The notes beneath the pieces are model-generated. The model saw nothing but the letters and a program-made list of their open reading frames with translations. It was not told the origin of the DNA and searched no databases. From NCBI GenBank assembly GCA_951406725.2, contig OX597817.1:81282001-81346000 (forward strand): a stretch of DNA of 64,000 nucleotides, read 5' to 3'. A program made the position numbers and the translations under genes. The stretch is from Octopus vulgaris (Eukaryota). The stretch's first letter is position 1. The number at the start of each line of letters is the position of its first letter. Of the stretch, positions 28,475 through 40,200 are shown piece after piece.

Positions 28475-29561
28475 ATTTGTAGAATGTATTTAAAGAGCAG
28501 AATAAATCTGTGCTTCATACATGTGTGCATTGTGATGCATTTCATGTCTTGTAAGATTTTCTTTTTTATGTTAGTAAGAAGGTATATATTAAAATTTTAA
28601 GTCAGATGTGGTAGATGGGAAGAGGAACTGATTGGTACTTCCAATTTATTTTCAGTTACTGTTGCAATAAAAGTAAAGTTGATATAAGCACTAAACACAA
28701 TAAAGAACTGCTAAGAGCAGCATTTGCGGGGATTCTCATCAATGATGCAAGAGTTCAGAACTGAATGTTTTTATGAAAATTATGAGAATTTTTTCTTACT
28801 GCAGGCTTGATTATCAATGTAGAATCTGTTGCAGGACAGTGAAGAAAGTTTGAAACTTAGGAAAATGAATTAAAATCAACAAACTAGAGTACTATTCAGA
28901 AATTCTAGTAAAAAATACAAAAAAGGCTTGACAGCACCATGGATGTCACTGTATACATTATATATAAGCAGAGCATAGACAAAACCTCTAAATACATCAT
29001 AGTAACAGACAGCTGGAACAACTATGTTTTAAGTGGTATAATCTCTACAATAATAATAATATCCAGCATAAACATTTATTGGGTTACATTTTTGTAGTAA
29101 AAGTAGTCTCTTCAACTGATTACTGACCTGTATTATCACAGTTCAATTTGGATAAACCTGTAGCATTCAGATTACTCGATGAAATTTAATACTAGCTTTA
29201 AGATGTTGTTGATGTGATTGTTCATTTTTAAAATGACATTTTAAAGTATGTGTGAGGGAGCAGATCTGATTGGTTTCAACATAAAACAGATTGAACATTT
29301 GGACTGAATATGACCGGTTTAAATGCTAAAGGATTAAGCATAACATGGTTGAAAATTGAACACATTTTTTTATCCTGGATCAGCAATGAATAAATCAGTA
29401 ATAAAAGAGGTTACATAAAATAAATATTTTTCTTTTGAAGATTATTTTTCATTTAGGCACAGGTATGGCTGTGCAGTAAGAGGCCTGTCGTGTGTGTGTG
29501 TGTGTGTGGGTGCGTGTGTTTGTCCTTCACTACTACTGGACAACTGGTTTTGGTGTGCATA

Positions 29562-29972
29562 TACTCTTTTATTTATTTCAGAAATTTGACTGCGGCCATG
29601 CTGGAGCACCGCCTTTAGTCAAGCAAATCGACCCCGGGACTTATTCTTTGTAAGCCCAGTACTTATTCTATCGGTCTCTTTTGCCGAACCGCTAAGTGAC
29701 GGGGACGTAAACACACCAGCATTGGTTGTCAAGCAATGCTAGGGGGAAAACACAGACACACAAACATATACACACACATACATACATACATACATATCTA
29801 TATATACATATACACGACAGGCTTCTTTCAGTTTCTGTCTACCAAATCCACTCACAAGGCATTGGTCGGCCCGAGGCTATAGCAGAAGACACTTACCCAA
29901 GATGCCACGCAATGGGACTGAACCCAAAACCATGTGGTTGGTAAGCAAGCTACTTACCACACAGCCACTCCT
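29562..29972 (-). mobile_element. tRNA-derived SINE nested in an older, oppositely oriented copy (29455-30130)
   Basis: Nearly identical to 62955-63352; both flanks are the two halves of a plus-strand copy. Confidence 0.85.
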
Positions 29973-31221
29973 TATATGTCCATGTAACTTAGCAATTCAG
30001 CAAAGAGACCAATAGAATAAGTACTAGGCTTTAAAAAGATAAATCCTGGGGGTTGATTTGTTCAACTAAACTATTTAAGGCAGTGCTCCAGCATGGCCAC
30101 AGTCAAATTACTGAATGAAGTAAACAATAAAAGGGAAAAAAAGGTTTCATCATTTTGTATAAGCACCAATGGATCTGATAAAAGTTAAATTATAATTATT
30201 GTATGTGTGTCATATTTCCTAACATTACCCATGGTGACAAAAGTATACTCCCAAGGTCACAAGTCATGAAACAGGTAACACTTTAGTAATTCAATAATAG
30301 AGTAATTCTTATGCCATCTTGAAGAAGAGAAATCTAAAATTTGGGAGTCATAATACTTCTACTAAGAGAGAGATTGACACTTCTCTGACAATTGAAGAGT
30401 TCTGTCAAAAACATTAGGCTTCTCTGCTGCCTTCCAGTAAAAGGTTTTTTCCACTGTTTGGATTATTTGTATTACATTTTTACTGCAGAATTTCTCTTAT
30501 TTTCTCAGCTTCTACTGCCTTACTATTAAAGACTAAAGACTGTTCAGATGATTAACGAATCTTTAGTTCATAAAATCAAAGGTTCTAGTTGTTTGAACAA
30601 TGGAACTATTCATTGCATGATACTATAAATGGCTGGCCAATCAACAAATACATCTATACAATACTTGTAACTTTAAGGCCGATACAATTATGACAAAGTT
30701 GTGCCATCAAATAATAAGTACAGATCATTTTTGAGCTTCCATACAATTTCTCTTTCAATTTCATTTGCGGACTTTTCTCAATGTGCTGCACAACAAGAGC
30801 CTCATGATTGAGAAAATTTTAAAACTACTCTGCCAAGCATCCATCTTTATATATAGTCATCTTTTTAGGTGATGCAATGAGTGTGTTTGTTCCTCAGTCA
30901 AATTTTATATACAACACTTTAACAATAAACTGAAGGATTACTCATTATTTATTGTGGAATAGATATTTATTAACTTTTACAAAAACATCAGCAGTGGCTT
31001 TGAAGCTTTGCTTGCTTACCATCAAACTGTGTTTTACTTAGGATTTTTTTGGCTTTACATATTCTTTGGCAAATTAAAAAAAAATTTTGGGGTGGGGAGC
31101 ATTCAATGGAAATATGTAAATGATAATTAGATGTGGTTAGGTAGATTGAGGAAGTAGTTGTGTAGAAGGTTGAGATAGAGGAGGGTAGGAAGAAAATCAC
31201 TATCACTGATTTCCTTGTAAA

Positions 31222-31260
<39 letters not shown>

Positions 31261-32163
31261 ATGTAGTGAGATCCAATCAGTGATGGCACAACAGTTAGTT
31301 AGCCTCTAGCATAAGAAGGCTTGTAAAGAAAACAAGAAGAAAACAATAATTGATCAATGAAATTTATTAATCCATGTATCAAATACATTCTGTTCCATAT
31401 CAAAATAATAAGATGATAGGTACTATACAACTCCAGTACAAAAGCAACTTATGTTATGTAGTATGCAATAATTAAATAAGTGAATGAAAGGAATGGAAGA
31501 AGTAGTTATGCACTACATATGTTTCAAAAATGTATGGGATCCATATCATGGAACATTAAAAGTGTTACATAAGTTTTCATACACCTGATTTTCTGATGAA
31601 TCCACCTTGCTTTGTAAAATCATTTGCAGACAAATAATTTCTTGTAACAAGGTATATGGTAAAATTATGTAACAATTTTAATGTTTCACACACACACAGA
31701 GTCATCACTGTTTGTAATGTTCACTTTTCCATGCTTGCATGAGTTGGATAGAGTTTGTTGAGAGATTTTCTGTGACCAGATGCCCTAGCTGTCATTCTCT
31801 CACCTGTTTCCAACTAAGGTGAATTTCCCCATCACCAAACATGCCACAGAATATTTTACTATTACCATGCAATAACAAGACAAGGGAATAATAACACACA
31901 TATACACACATATATACATACATATATAAGATATATATGAGAGGCTTCATTTAGTTTCTGTTTACCAAATCTACTCACAAGGCTTTGTTAGATCCAAGGT
32001 GATAATACAAGATACTTGCTCAAGGTGTCACACAGTGGGACTGAACCAGTGCCGTGTGGCTGGGAAGCAAAATTCTGACGCATACACACACACAGAGCAG
32101 TCTCTGCTTCTGTCTATATTTACCCAGTGTTTGTTCAACCCTGGATTATCATAGAAAACATTT

Positions 32164-32535
32164 GCCCAATGTGCAACACAGTGTGACTAAACCCCAAAAC
32201 CATGTAACAGGGAATCTACATAGCCTTGTCTGTCAATACTGATAGGATTTACTTCTACTTCCTTTCCATAATGCAAAATGTTTTTGTTTCAAGTGAGGCT
32301 CCATATACTTGCATTTCATTTTGTTTATATATTTCAGTTCATCTTTTTTGCCCAATGTGCAACACAGTGTGACTAAACCCCAAAACCATGTAACAGGGAA
32401 TCTACATAGCCTTGTCTGTCAATACTGATAGGATTTACTTCTACTTCCTTTCCATGATGCAAAATGTTTTTGTTTCAAGTGAGGCTCCATATACTTGCAT
32501 TTCATTTTGTTTATATATTTCAGTTCATCTTTTTT
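32164..32535. repeat. Tandem duplication, 2 x 186 bp
   Basis: 32164-32349 repeated at 32350-32535 with about one mismatch. Confidence 0.95.
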
Positions 32536-32557
32536 CACCTCCCCTCATTATCCTTCA

Positions 32558-33459
32558 TTATTACCTCCACCTTAGTAAAGGTGGAGGTATTGTTTTCAGT
32601 GATGTTTGTTTGTTTGTCCATGGACAAAATATCTCAAGAACCGCTAGATGGATTCGGATGAAACTTTCAGGTATGTTTGGCCTCATCACTAGCATAAACT
32701 GATCCGGTATCAGACAATAATTCTGGATTATTTGTCATATTTACTTTACTTTACATGATTACGATCTTATGTTGACTTTCAAGTCTTTCTCAATTATTTC
32801 CCTTTAGGCTGTTTCCAAAGTTTTATTTTCGCTTCTCTGTTAATTTTACTCATGTCTCTATCTTAGTAGAACCTGATGAATAAAGAAATCAAACTACATA
32901 AATAAACGGCAGCAAAACCATTCAGAAATTAAATAACATTAACATATTTTTATAATATATATATTATACATACATATTAACACTTTACAGTATACTTACA
33001 TATATACATACATCTATACGGGAATACTAAAGGAAGGACGGAATTTTAGAGAAGAGGAAATCAAAAGGTCTCATGCTATTCATTTAAAAATTCCTGAGTA
33101 GAACTTATTATTATTACATCCACCTTTGAAACTATTTTGAATGGTGAATTTGTTAACTTTGGCTTGTATTAGATAAGGATAAACTATTTATTGCTGTTAC
33201 TAAATTTTCTAAAGTCACCTTCACATTCCATAGCTACCATTGGGATCGATCTGGTACCAGACAAGGATTCTAGATTATTTTTCTGTTTTTTTTTTACTTA
33301 ATTTTTGAGAGTGGTCAGGTTCATTTTTTTGTATTCTCATTTGTGAGAGCAGTCAAATTTATTTAAGATATTCTCATTTTAAAAATCATCTCTGGTTAAT
33401 TGTTGAGAGGACATTTGTGTTGCCTTGGTGGAGGTTTGCGCTATCTGAGTGCTCTTGTT
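32558..33459 (+). mobile_element. Helentron-type element, second copy, with about 500 bp of extra internal sequence
   Basis: Ends match 22545-22903; the segment gatc.ggta.cagacaa..attct.gattattt occurs twice (about 32701 and 33248) around unrelated DNA. Confidence 0.65.
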
Positions 33460-33727
33460 CTCATTGACTTATGTACTTCAAATATTTCTTCTCTCTCTCT
33501 CTCGCTATAACTATATGAGAGTGTGTGTGTGCGTGTGTACAATCATCTTTATAACCATATTTAGTAAGTTCATGTATACCTGGATGTGGGAACATTTCTC
33601 ACCTTGGAAATAGTCCCCTGAGAAAATTTTTCTCATAGACATTGTGCACAAAATACATTGGGCTATGAATAATAAGACTGTGTGTGTCTATCTATCTATT
33701 TATCTATCTACGTCTCTTTTTCACTCA

Positions 33728-33762
<35 letters not shown>

Positions 33763-33773
33763 CTTTCTTACAC

Positions 33774-33964
33774 TTTTACTTGTATGAGTCATTTGACTGT
33801 GGCCATGATGGAGCACTGCCTTTAGTCAAACAAATCAACCCCAGGATTTTCTTAGCCTAGTACTTATTGTTTCGGTCTCTTTTGCCCCGCTAAATTACGG
33901 GGACATAAACACACCAACATTGGCTGTCAAGCGATGGTGGCGGGACAAACATAGACACACAAAC

Positions 33965-34009
<45 letters not shown>

Positions 34010-34172
34010 ACAGGCTTCTTTCAATTTCCATCTACCAAATCCACTCACAAGGCTTTGGTCGGCCTGAGGCTATAGTAGAAGACACTTGACCAAGGTGCCA
34101 TGCAGTGGGACCAAATCCGGAACCATGTGGTTGGTTAGTAAACTACTTACCACACAGCCATTCCTGTGCCTA
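33774..34172 (-). mobile_element. tRNA-derived SINE
   Basis: Matches the family at 23611 and 62955. Confidence 0.85.
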
Positions 34173-34556
34173 TACATATATTTACAGAGTGAGAGAGAGA
34201 GAGGGGGGAGATATTGTTGGCACTCTGTTGGATATGATGATAAGGGTTCCAGTTGATCTGCTCAACAGAACAGCCTGCTCATGAATTAATGTGCAAGTGG
34301 CTGAGCACTTTACAGACATGCATACCCTGAACATGGTTCTCAGGGAGATTAAGCATAACACAGGATGTGAGAAGGCCGGCCCTTTGAAATACAGATACTA
34401 CTGATTTTTGCCTGCTGAGTTGACTGGAGCATCATGAAATAAAGTGTCTTGCTCAGGAACACAATGAGCCACTGGGAATCAAACTCACAACCTTACAATC
34501 ATATGCTGAATACCCCTCACCACTAAACCAAGTGCCTTCATGAAGGAGATAAATAC

Positions 34557-34621
<65 letters not shown>

Positions 34622-34686
34622 TTTTTGCGTAATAAGATAAAAAAAACCAACGCTGTGTAGATATTAGAGCATTTATAGATAAAGGG

Positions 34687-34736
34687 TCTTACAGCTGTTT
34701 CTAGGATATTTATTAATTATATCCCTTCATCGGAGA
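34687..34736 (-). ncRNA. Minimal type I hammerhead-ribozyme-like motif (Penelope pLTR type, variant core)
   Basis: Minus strand reads tct-CCGATGA-a-gggatat..atatcct-a-GAA-acagctgt-A-aga; palindromic stem III and GUA triplet. Confidence 0.5.
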
Positions 34737-35292
34737 AGGTGTGAGAGGATAGTTAAGTCATAGTTAGTTTAGATGTGATACAAAATAGAGAGTGAGGTGG
34801 AGGAAAGAAAATAGATGCAAGATATGTATGGGTATTGAAGTTGTAAATCCATTTTTTAGGCATAATGGTATATATACAATATTCCAATATCCTATGAGTA
34901 AAGTCCGAAAGTCCAACAGAGTTTAAAATGAGTCCATCCAAATATAGAGTTTATAAGCAATGTAAGATTCCCTTATGAATGAGATCCAGCAGATTTTTAA
35001 ACTTGAGTGAAAATAGGAACAAATATTGAACTAATCTTTAATTCATACAACTAAAATTATGTTATTTGAAACATTCTGGTTCTGATATTTGTAACAGTAT
35101 TGACGGTGAAATATATCTCCGGATATACGCACTAACTAGTTGTAACCTCTAAAACCAACAAAAATTGAAATTTTCATTATAAACCAACATATATGTTACA
35201 GCTGAGGATAACAATATCTGATAAAGGTGATACATATGGACAACTAAGAAGAATGAGCTGGGTGGGGGACCTTGTTCACATAGACATTATAA

Positions 35293-35366
35293 CGCCAGTA
35301 GCAAGACTCGAACTCCTGATTTGTCGCTTGTTTGTCCGGTGCCCTATCCATTAGGCCAGCCAGAAA
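35293..35366 (-). pseudogene. tRNA-like remnant (Arg-like D arm) or SINE head
   Basis: Minus strand has tggcctaatggatagggca (A box) and ggagttcgagtc (B box); acceptor and anticodon stems do not pair. Confidence 0.45.
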
Positions 35367-35887
35367 TGTTTTGACTCATTCTGTTTAAATGGTGAGCAGC
35401 TCCAAAACCTGTAGAATTAATAGAACATTAGTGCATCATTTGTATTTTTACCCTTAGACATTAGATATTGAAAAAGTGAGTAAGCAACAACGTAGAATAA
35501 AAACCGTGTTGGAAACTAGGTTCATAGGGATCTTATATTTCTTATTGTACATATGTTCATTTATAAACGTGATAATTCAAAATGAACCGCGAAAAATACT
35601 CAGTTCAAATTATTATGCAAAGATAAGCAGTTGATTTCTTTTTAAATGTGAAATCCCCCTCCCTTCCAAATAAACTCAAAAGTAAGAAAACTTTCCTCAG
35701 AACCCACTATTATGTTTCTGAAAGGGATAAAGGAGGGGGCAAATCTAAAAATGTATAATAAAAACGCCTGAGATAACAAAACATAGTAGACATACATACA
35801 TATATAGATATATGTATATACACACACACACACTAAACCGTATAGATAGAAGCCTTGACAGCAAAACATAACCTTGACATTGCAATC

Positions 35888-35950
35888 ATGTCAAGCACCA
35901 ATATTTGCAGCGACCGAATATATCTTGGATTTGACTTCAGTACACAACAA
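35888..35950 (+). CDS. XYLB: First coding exon of a xylulose kinase (FGGY family): MSSTNICSDRIYLGFDFSTQQ
   Basis: aatcATG start, 21 codons, phase-0 donor caa|gtaaga. LG(W/F)DFSTQQ is the N-terminal signature of animal xylulokinase. No later XYLB exon was recognised in the window. Confidence 0.75.
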
Positions 35951-37088
35951 GTAAGACACTAAAATATTTCTTAAAGTTTTATTTTGGCTTCCTTTATTTG
36001 TCTTTCTATCGTTTGTTTTATCCGCAGTTAAAGTTGAAACATGATAAAGCTTTATTTATTAAAAAAAAAAATGAAGCCCAAAACGTATTCGAAATGATTC
36101 TGCTGAGTTTTATAAAGTGTTTAACAAGGTTCCTCTTACCGCCTTAACAATATCTACTCCTACTTCCCCCTCTTTCAAAAAAAAAAAAAAAAAACGTTAC
36201 CTCACACTAACATTCTTAATTTATAACAATTCTTCAAATTGTTGTTGTTTTAAAATTTTAAAAGAACAATGATGTTCTTAAAATTCCGATCAAGTACCGA
36301 AAGCAAGCAATTTATGAACTAACCTTCTAATGATTAATTGAAAAAAAAATTTTTTATTAAAAATATATAGCTAACATTAAAAATGAATAAAAGTTGATCT
36401 AGGTATAAAAGCGTTTTATTATTATTTTCGTAACAAAATTTCAGAAGTCGATAATATTTTTATAGTGAAAAAGCCTAACGGTATGGTGGGTGTTAAATTA
36501 TTTCGTGTAGCAAATAAGTGCACTGGACTTCGGACTGAATGTTAAATTTAGTTCAAATACAATCAGTGCCGTCTTTGCATTTCTTCCCTCCGTGATCGAT
36601 AAAATGAGGATCCATCAGTAATATATAATATATATAATAATTTAAATATACATTATATTGGTCGATGTTGTCGACAATGACCCCAAGACTAGACTTCGAA
36701 AGAAATTAAAAATACGGTAAATATAGAATAAAGGGGAAATAAACGCGTATGGATTTAGGACAGGGGGTGCGTTCTCTATTGTCGGAGATTAAAAAAACTT
36801 TAAATTGAGTGGATGAGGTAGGAGAAACAGAGGTAAACAAAAACATTCGAATTTCCGTTTGTATTTTTTGTTCTGATGTAATAGTTTCAGTTTACTTCTT
36901 CAACATTTACTGGATTAATGTTGAAACGTTGTCTTTTTCCTTAAACGCTGTCAAGAAGAAAGTTAGTGTATAAAGTTGTTTGTGGCATATTTTGCACAAA
37001 TGAAATTGAAGAAAATTTGTTTCTGCCAAGGGAGGTCACTCTGGTTTAAGTTTAATTCTCTTCCCGGTGAAAGAAAACGTCTAAAAAC

Positions 37089-37099
37089 AAATATGGCGG
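37089..37099 (+). promoter_or_regulatory. YY1-type motif (aaatatggcgg) upstream of USP34
   Basis: Matches AANATGGCG, common near housekeeping-gene TSSs; lies about 150 bp before the ATG in a CpG-containing stretch. Confidence 0.4.
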
Positions 37100-37246
37100 A
37101 TTGTTGAATGCTTAAAAAAAAAAAAAAAGGTATGGAAAACAAAAAACTTTTTCTCACGTTCGATTCGATTTTGTGATTCTGTCATGTCGAGTCGCTTATA
37201 ATTTATTCAGCAAGATTTCCTTGCGGTGTTTCTCAAGATTCTGAGA

Positions 37247-40200
37247 ATGTGTGATGTATGCTCTGGCCTGTTGTCCTTATTCGATAGCCACGATGAGCGG
37301 CTTCACAGCGGTGGTGGTCTTCGTCTGGGAAAGAATGAGATTCTGTCTGTGATTCAATACGTAAATATATGGCCTCAGAAACAATGTATGTGCTGCTACA
37401 AAGAATTTAAGAACTTTGAACGATTGAACAATATTGTTCAAATCGTTTTGACTGTTGCGATTCGGCACATTCAGACTCTGCCTGATGACTACGCCAAGGA
37501 AAAAGAAAAACAAGAAAAGCGTGATCATTGTTCTGAAGATGCTGTTTCTGATATTTCTGACAAGAACAAATCGTCAATTGATGGCTTGTCATCGGAAGAA
37601 ACGGAAAAAAATGATGCAGAAGAACTCGATGAATCCGAAGTTTGGGCCATGGAAGAAAAAGACCAATTACTTCAAGTAGTTACGAAAGTCTTTCTCATGA
37701 ACTTCCCCTCGTATGTGGCTTACAAACATGTCGTTCATTCATCTCTAGAAGAATTGTCTCAGCAGGAAACTCGAGCCTTGAACAATTATTGTGAAATCTC
37801 CGATTCTGAAGTTCCTCTGTATCTCTTGCGCAATGTTTGTTTTTTCTGTGATAGTAACGGTGTCCAAGCACTGCAACAATGCTTCGAGAAAGCTACACCG
37901 GACACGCTTCCATTCACAGTGGCTCATACTCTCATCAACATTATTGCAAATCTTCGTCTTTGGATGAATATCGCTACTGTGATGCAATGTATTGTGCCAT
38001 TACGAACTGCTGTAATTCGTTATATGTGTAAATTATCCGATAAAGACCTGCGAATGGCCGGCACCCGGAACATGACAGACCTCATGTGGGCAGCTGTGAA
38101 AGAACCGTTGGATACACATTTTACATATGACAAAGAAGGTTTGGATTTAGCCTTTAAATATTTCACTTGTTCAACTCTGACAATTCGACTGGCTGGTATA
38201 GCTCAGATTAACCGTCAGATTGATTTGTATAATGAATGCTGCAATAACGATACTTTAGTAGATGCAGAAAATGTTGGTAATCATTTAGCTAAATGGCTTC
38301 TAGAAAATAAGATTATTGAGCATATTTTTGGTCCTAATTTGCATGTGGAAATCATCAAACAAAGCCAGATTATTTTAAATTTTCTTGCCGTTGAAGGAAA
38401 AATCACAAATGAACATATCGACTGTATATGGACTGCCAGTCAAATGAAACATTGTAGTAAGCAAGTTTATGATATATTGATTCCCCTTATAAAAAATTTA
38501 GAACTGCAATTGGTTCAGCATTTGTCTAACTTAGTATCTGCCCTTGATCCCTCTGCACACACTGAGTCTACTTTATATTTAGCATCTGCTCTCCTCAAGT
38601 GCATCTGGAGCACTTGTGTTACGTCACAGAGCCATAATGCTGCCGTCCATCACCAACAACAACAGCCAGCTGACCAGCCACAGAGCATTGTAGCTGCTAT
38701 TGAACAAGAGGAAGAAGAATTAGAACATGGTAAATCAAGCAAACCAGAAATGAGCAGCAGCGAAAGTCTACAACTTTCTGAAGGGGAGACCGACAAAGTC
38801 CCTGAGATGGACAGCAACAAGAGAATTGGAATGGTTGATAATAAAAATGAGGAATTGCCTTCAGAGGATGATCAAAAAGAGTTGAACAAGGCTGAAAACA
38901 AAGCTGGCTCAACACGACAACAGATTTCTCATGCCAAGAAACATGATGATTGTTCTGAGAAACAACAGAAAAGCTGCGAGCAGTTTTCGGCCAACAGTGA
39001 CAACAGTGATGAAAGCGACATGGATGAAGGTACTCATCGGCAGCTCACTGGCCTTGGTCAAGAGTTTGTGGCTCCTAACCAGGTGGGAGGTGGCAGTAGT
39101 GGTAGCGAAAGTGATGTAGAATGTAGTGGTTCTAGCGCTGGAGAAGGTCAAATATGCACATCACTGAAACATGGAATGCAAAAACGCCGAGGTGTCAAAA
39201 GACAGCCAGTGCCATTAAAATGTCAGCAAAGGCCCCCTAGAAACCGAAACGCTCAAGCTTATCGTGATACAGAGCAAGGTACATGTTCTGATGAAGACGA
39301 TGATGATGAAGAGGAGGAAGAAGAAGAAGAGGAGGAGGAAGAAGAAGAAGAAGAGGAGGAGGAAGTGGAAGAAGAAGAGGAGGAGGAAGAAATGGAGTCA
39401 GAATATGAAGAATCTGATGATGAGATTCTAAAGCATGCTAAAATGGTACATATGAAACATTCTTGTCACGGTGAGAGTGAGGACAGTTCAGATTTTGATG
39501 CTAACGAGTCGAGAAGAGCAAAGCTAATGCACGAGACCAAACTTCGTTATGAGACTCAACATGCACTGCAAGAACATCATATACAGCTCCAGCAGCAAGG
39601 ACTTCTTAAACAACCTGCTTGTCTTGTTCTTCAGCGACAAGGCAAGAAACGCTATCGTATCCGGCCAGGGTTGCAAAGGTCTGAAAATCAGAACAGAATT
39701 CAACAAAGCTTGCATCCTGGTTCAGTTTCTCTTGAAGCTCGTGGTGATAGTGATGGTATTACTGGTCACTGTAAAGATTTGGAAGTTGGTGGGGACAGTG
39801 AAAAGAAAATGGCTATTTCAGATCCTGGTAACCTATCACAGGATTCACGAGATTCTCATGATTCTGAAGCCAGACCGTCCACATTAGCCAACCACGACAG
39901 TGCTGACAGCAGTATTCAAGGTGTGGCTTCCTCCCAATCTGCTCAGGAGTTTGAGAACCGTGCTGATGAAGCCGAAATGTTTGATTGTGCTAATTATATC
40001 CAACATATGCAAGCTCACCCACATGGACATATCCAAAGTGATTATATTGAAGACATATTGAGTCCTGAAGGTAGCTGCCACAGTTCCAGAATGAGTACAA
40101 AATCAGAAAAAAATATGGCAGATTTTGATGGGGAAGAAGTTCTCAGTGATGAGGAATTAGCTCAGATCAATGCACATCCTCATTTCAATACGCACCAAAT

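Noticed and set aside
28785-28870. Acceptor-like ttttcttactgcag on the plus strand
   Set aside because: No sustained open frame or matching donor follows; cannot support an exon.
31500-31600. gaaacatatgtagtg (minus strand) as the 3' half of a hammerhead
   Set aside because: No recognisable CUGANGA at a suitable distance.
35293-35366. Functional tRNA gene
   Set aside because: A and B boxes are present but the acceptor and anticodon stems do not form.
37226-37246. ORF-track start of USP34 at 37226
   Set aside because: It is a GTG; the homology-supported start is ATG 37247 (MCDVC).
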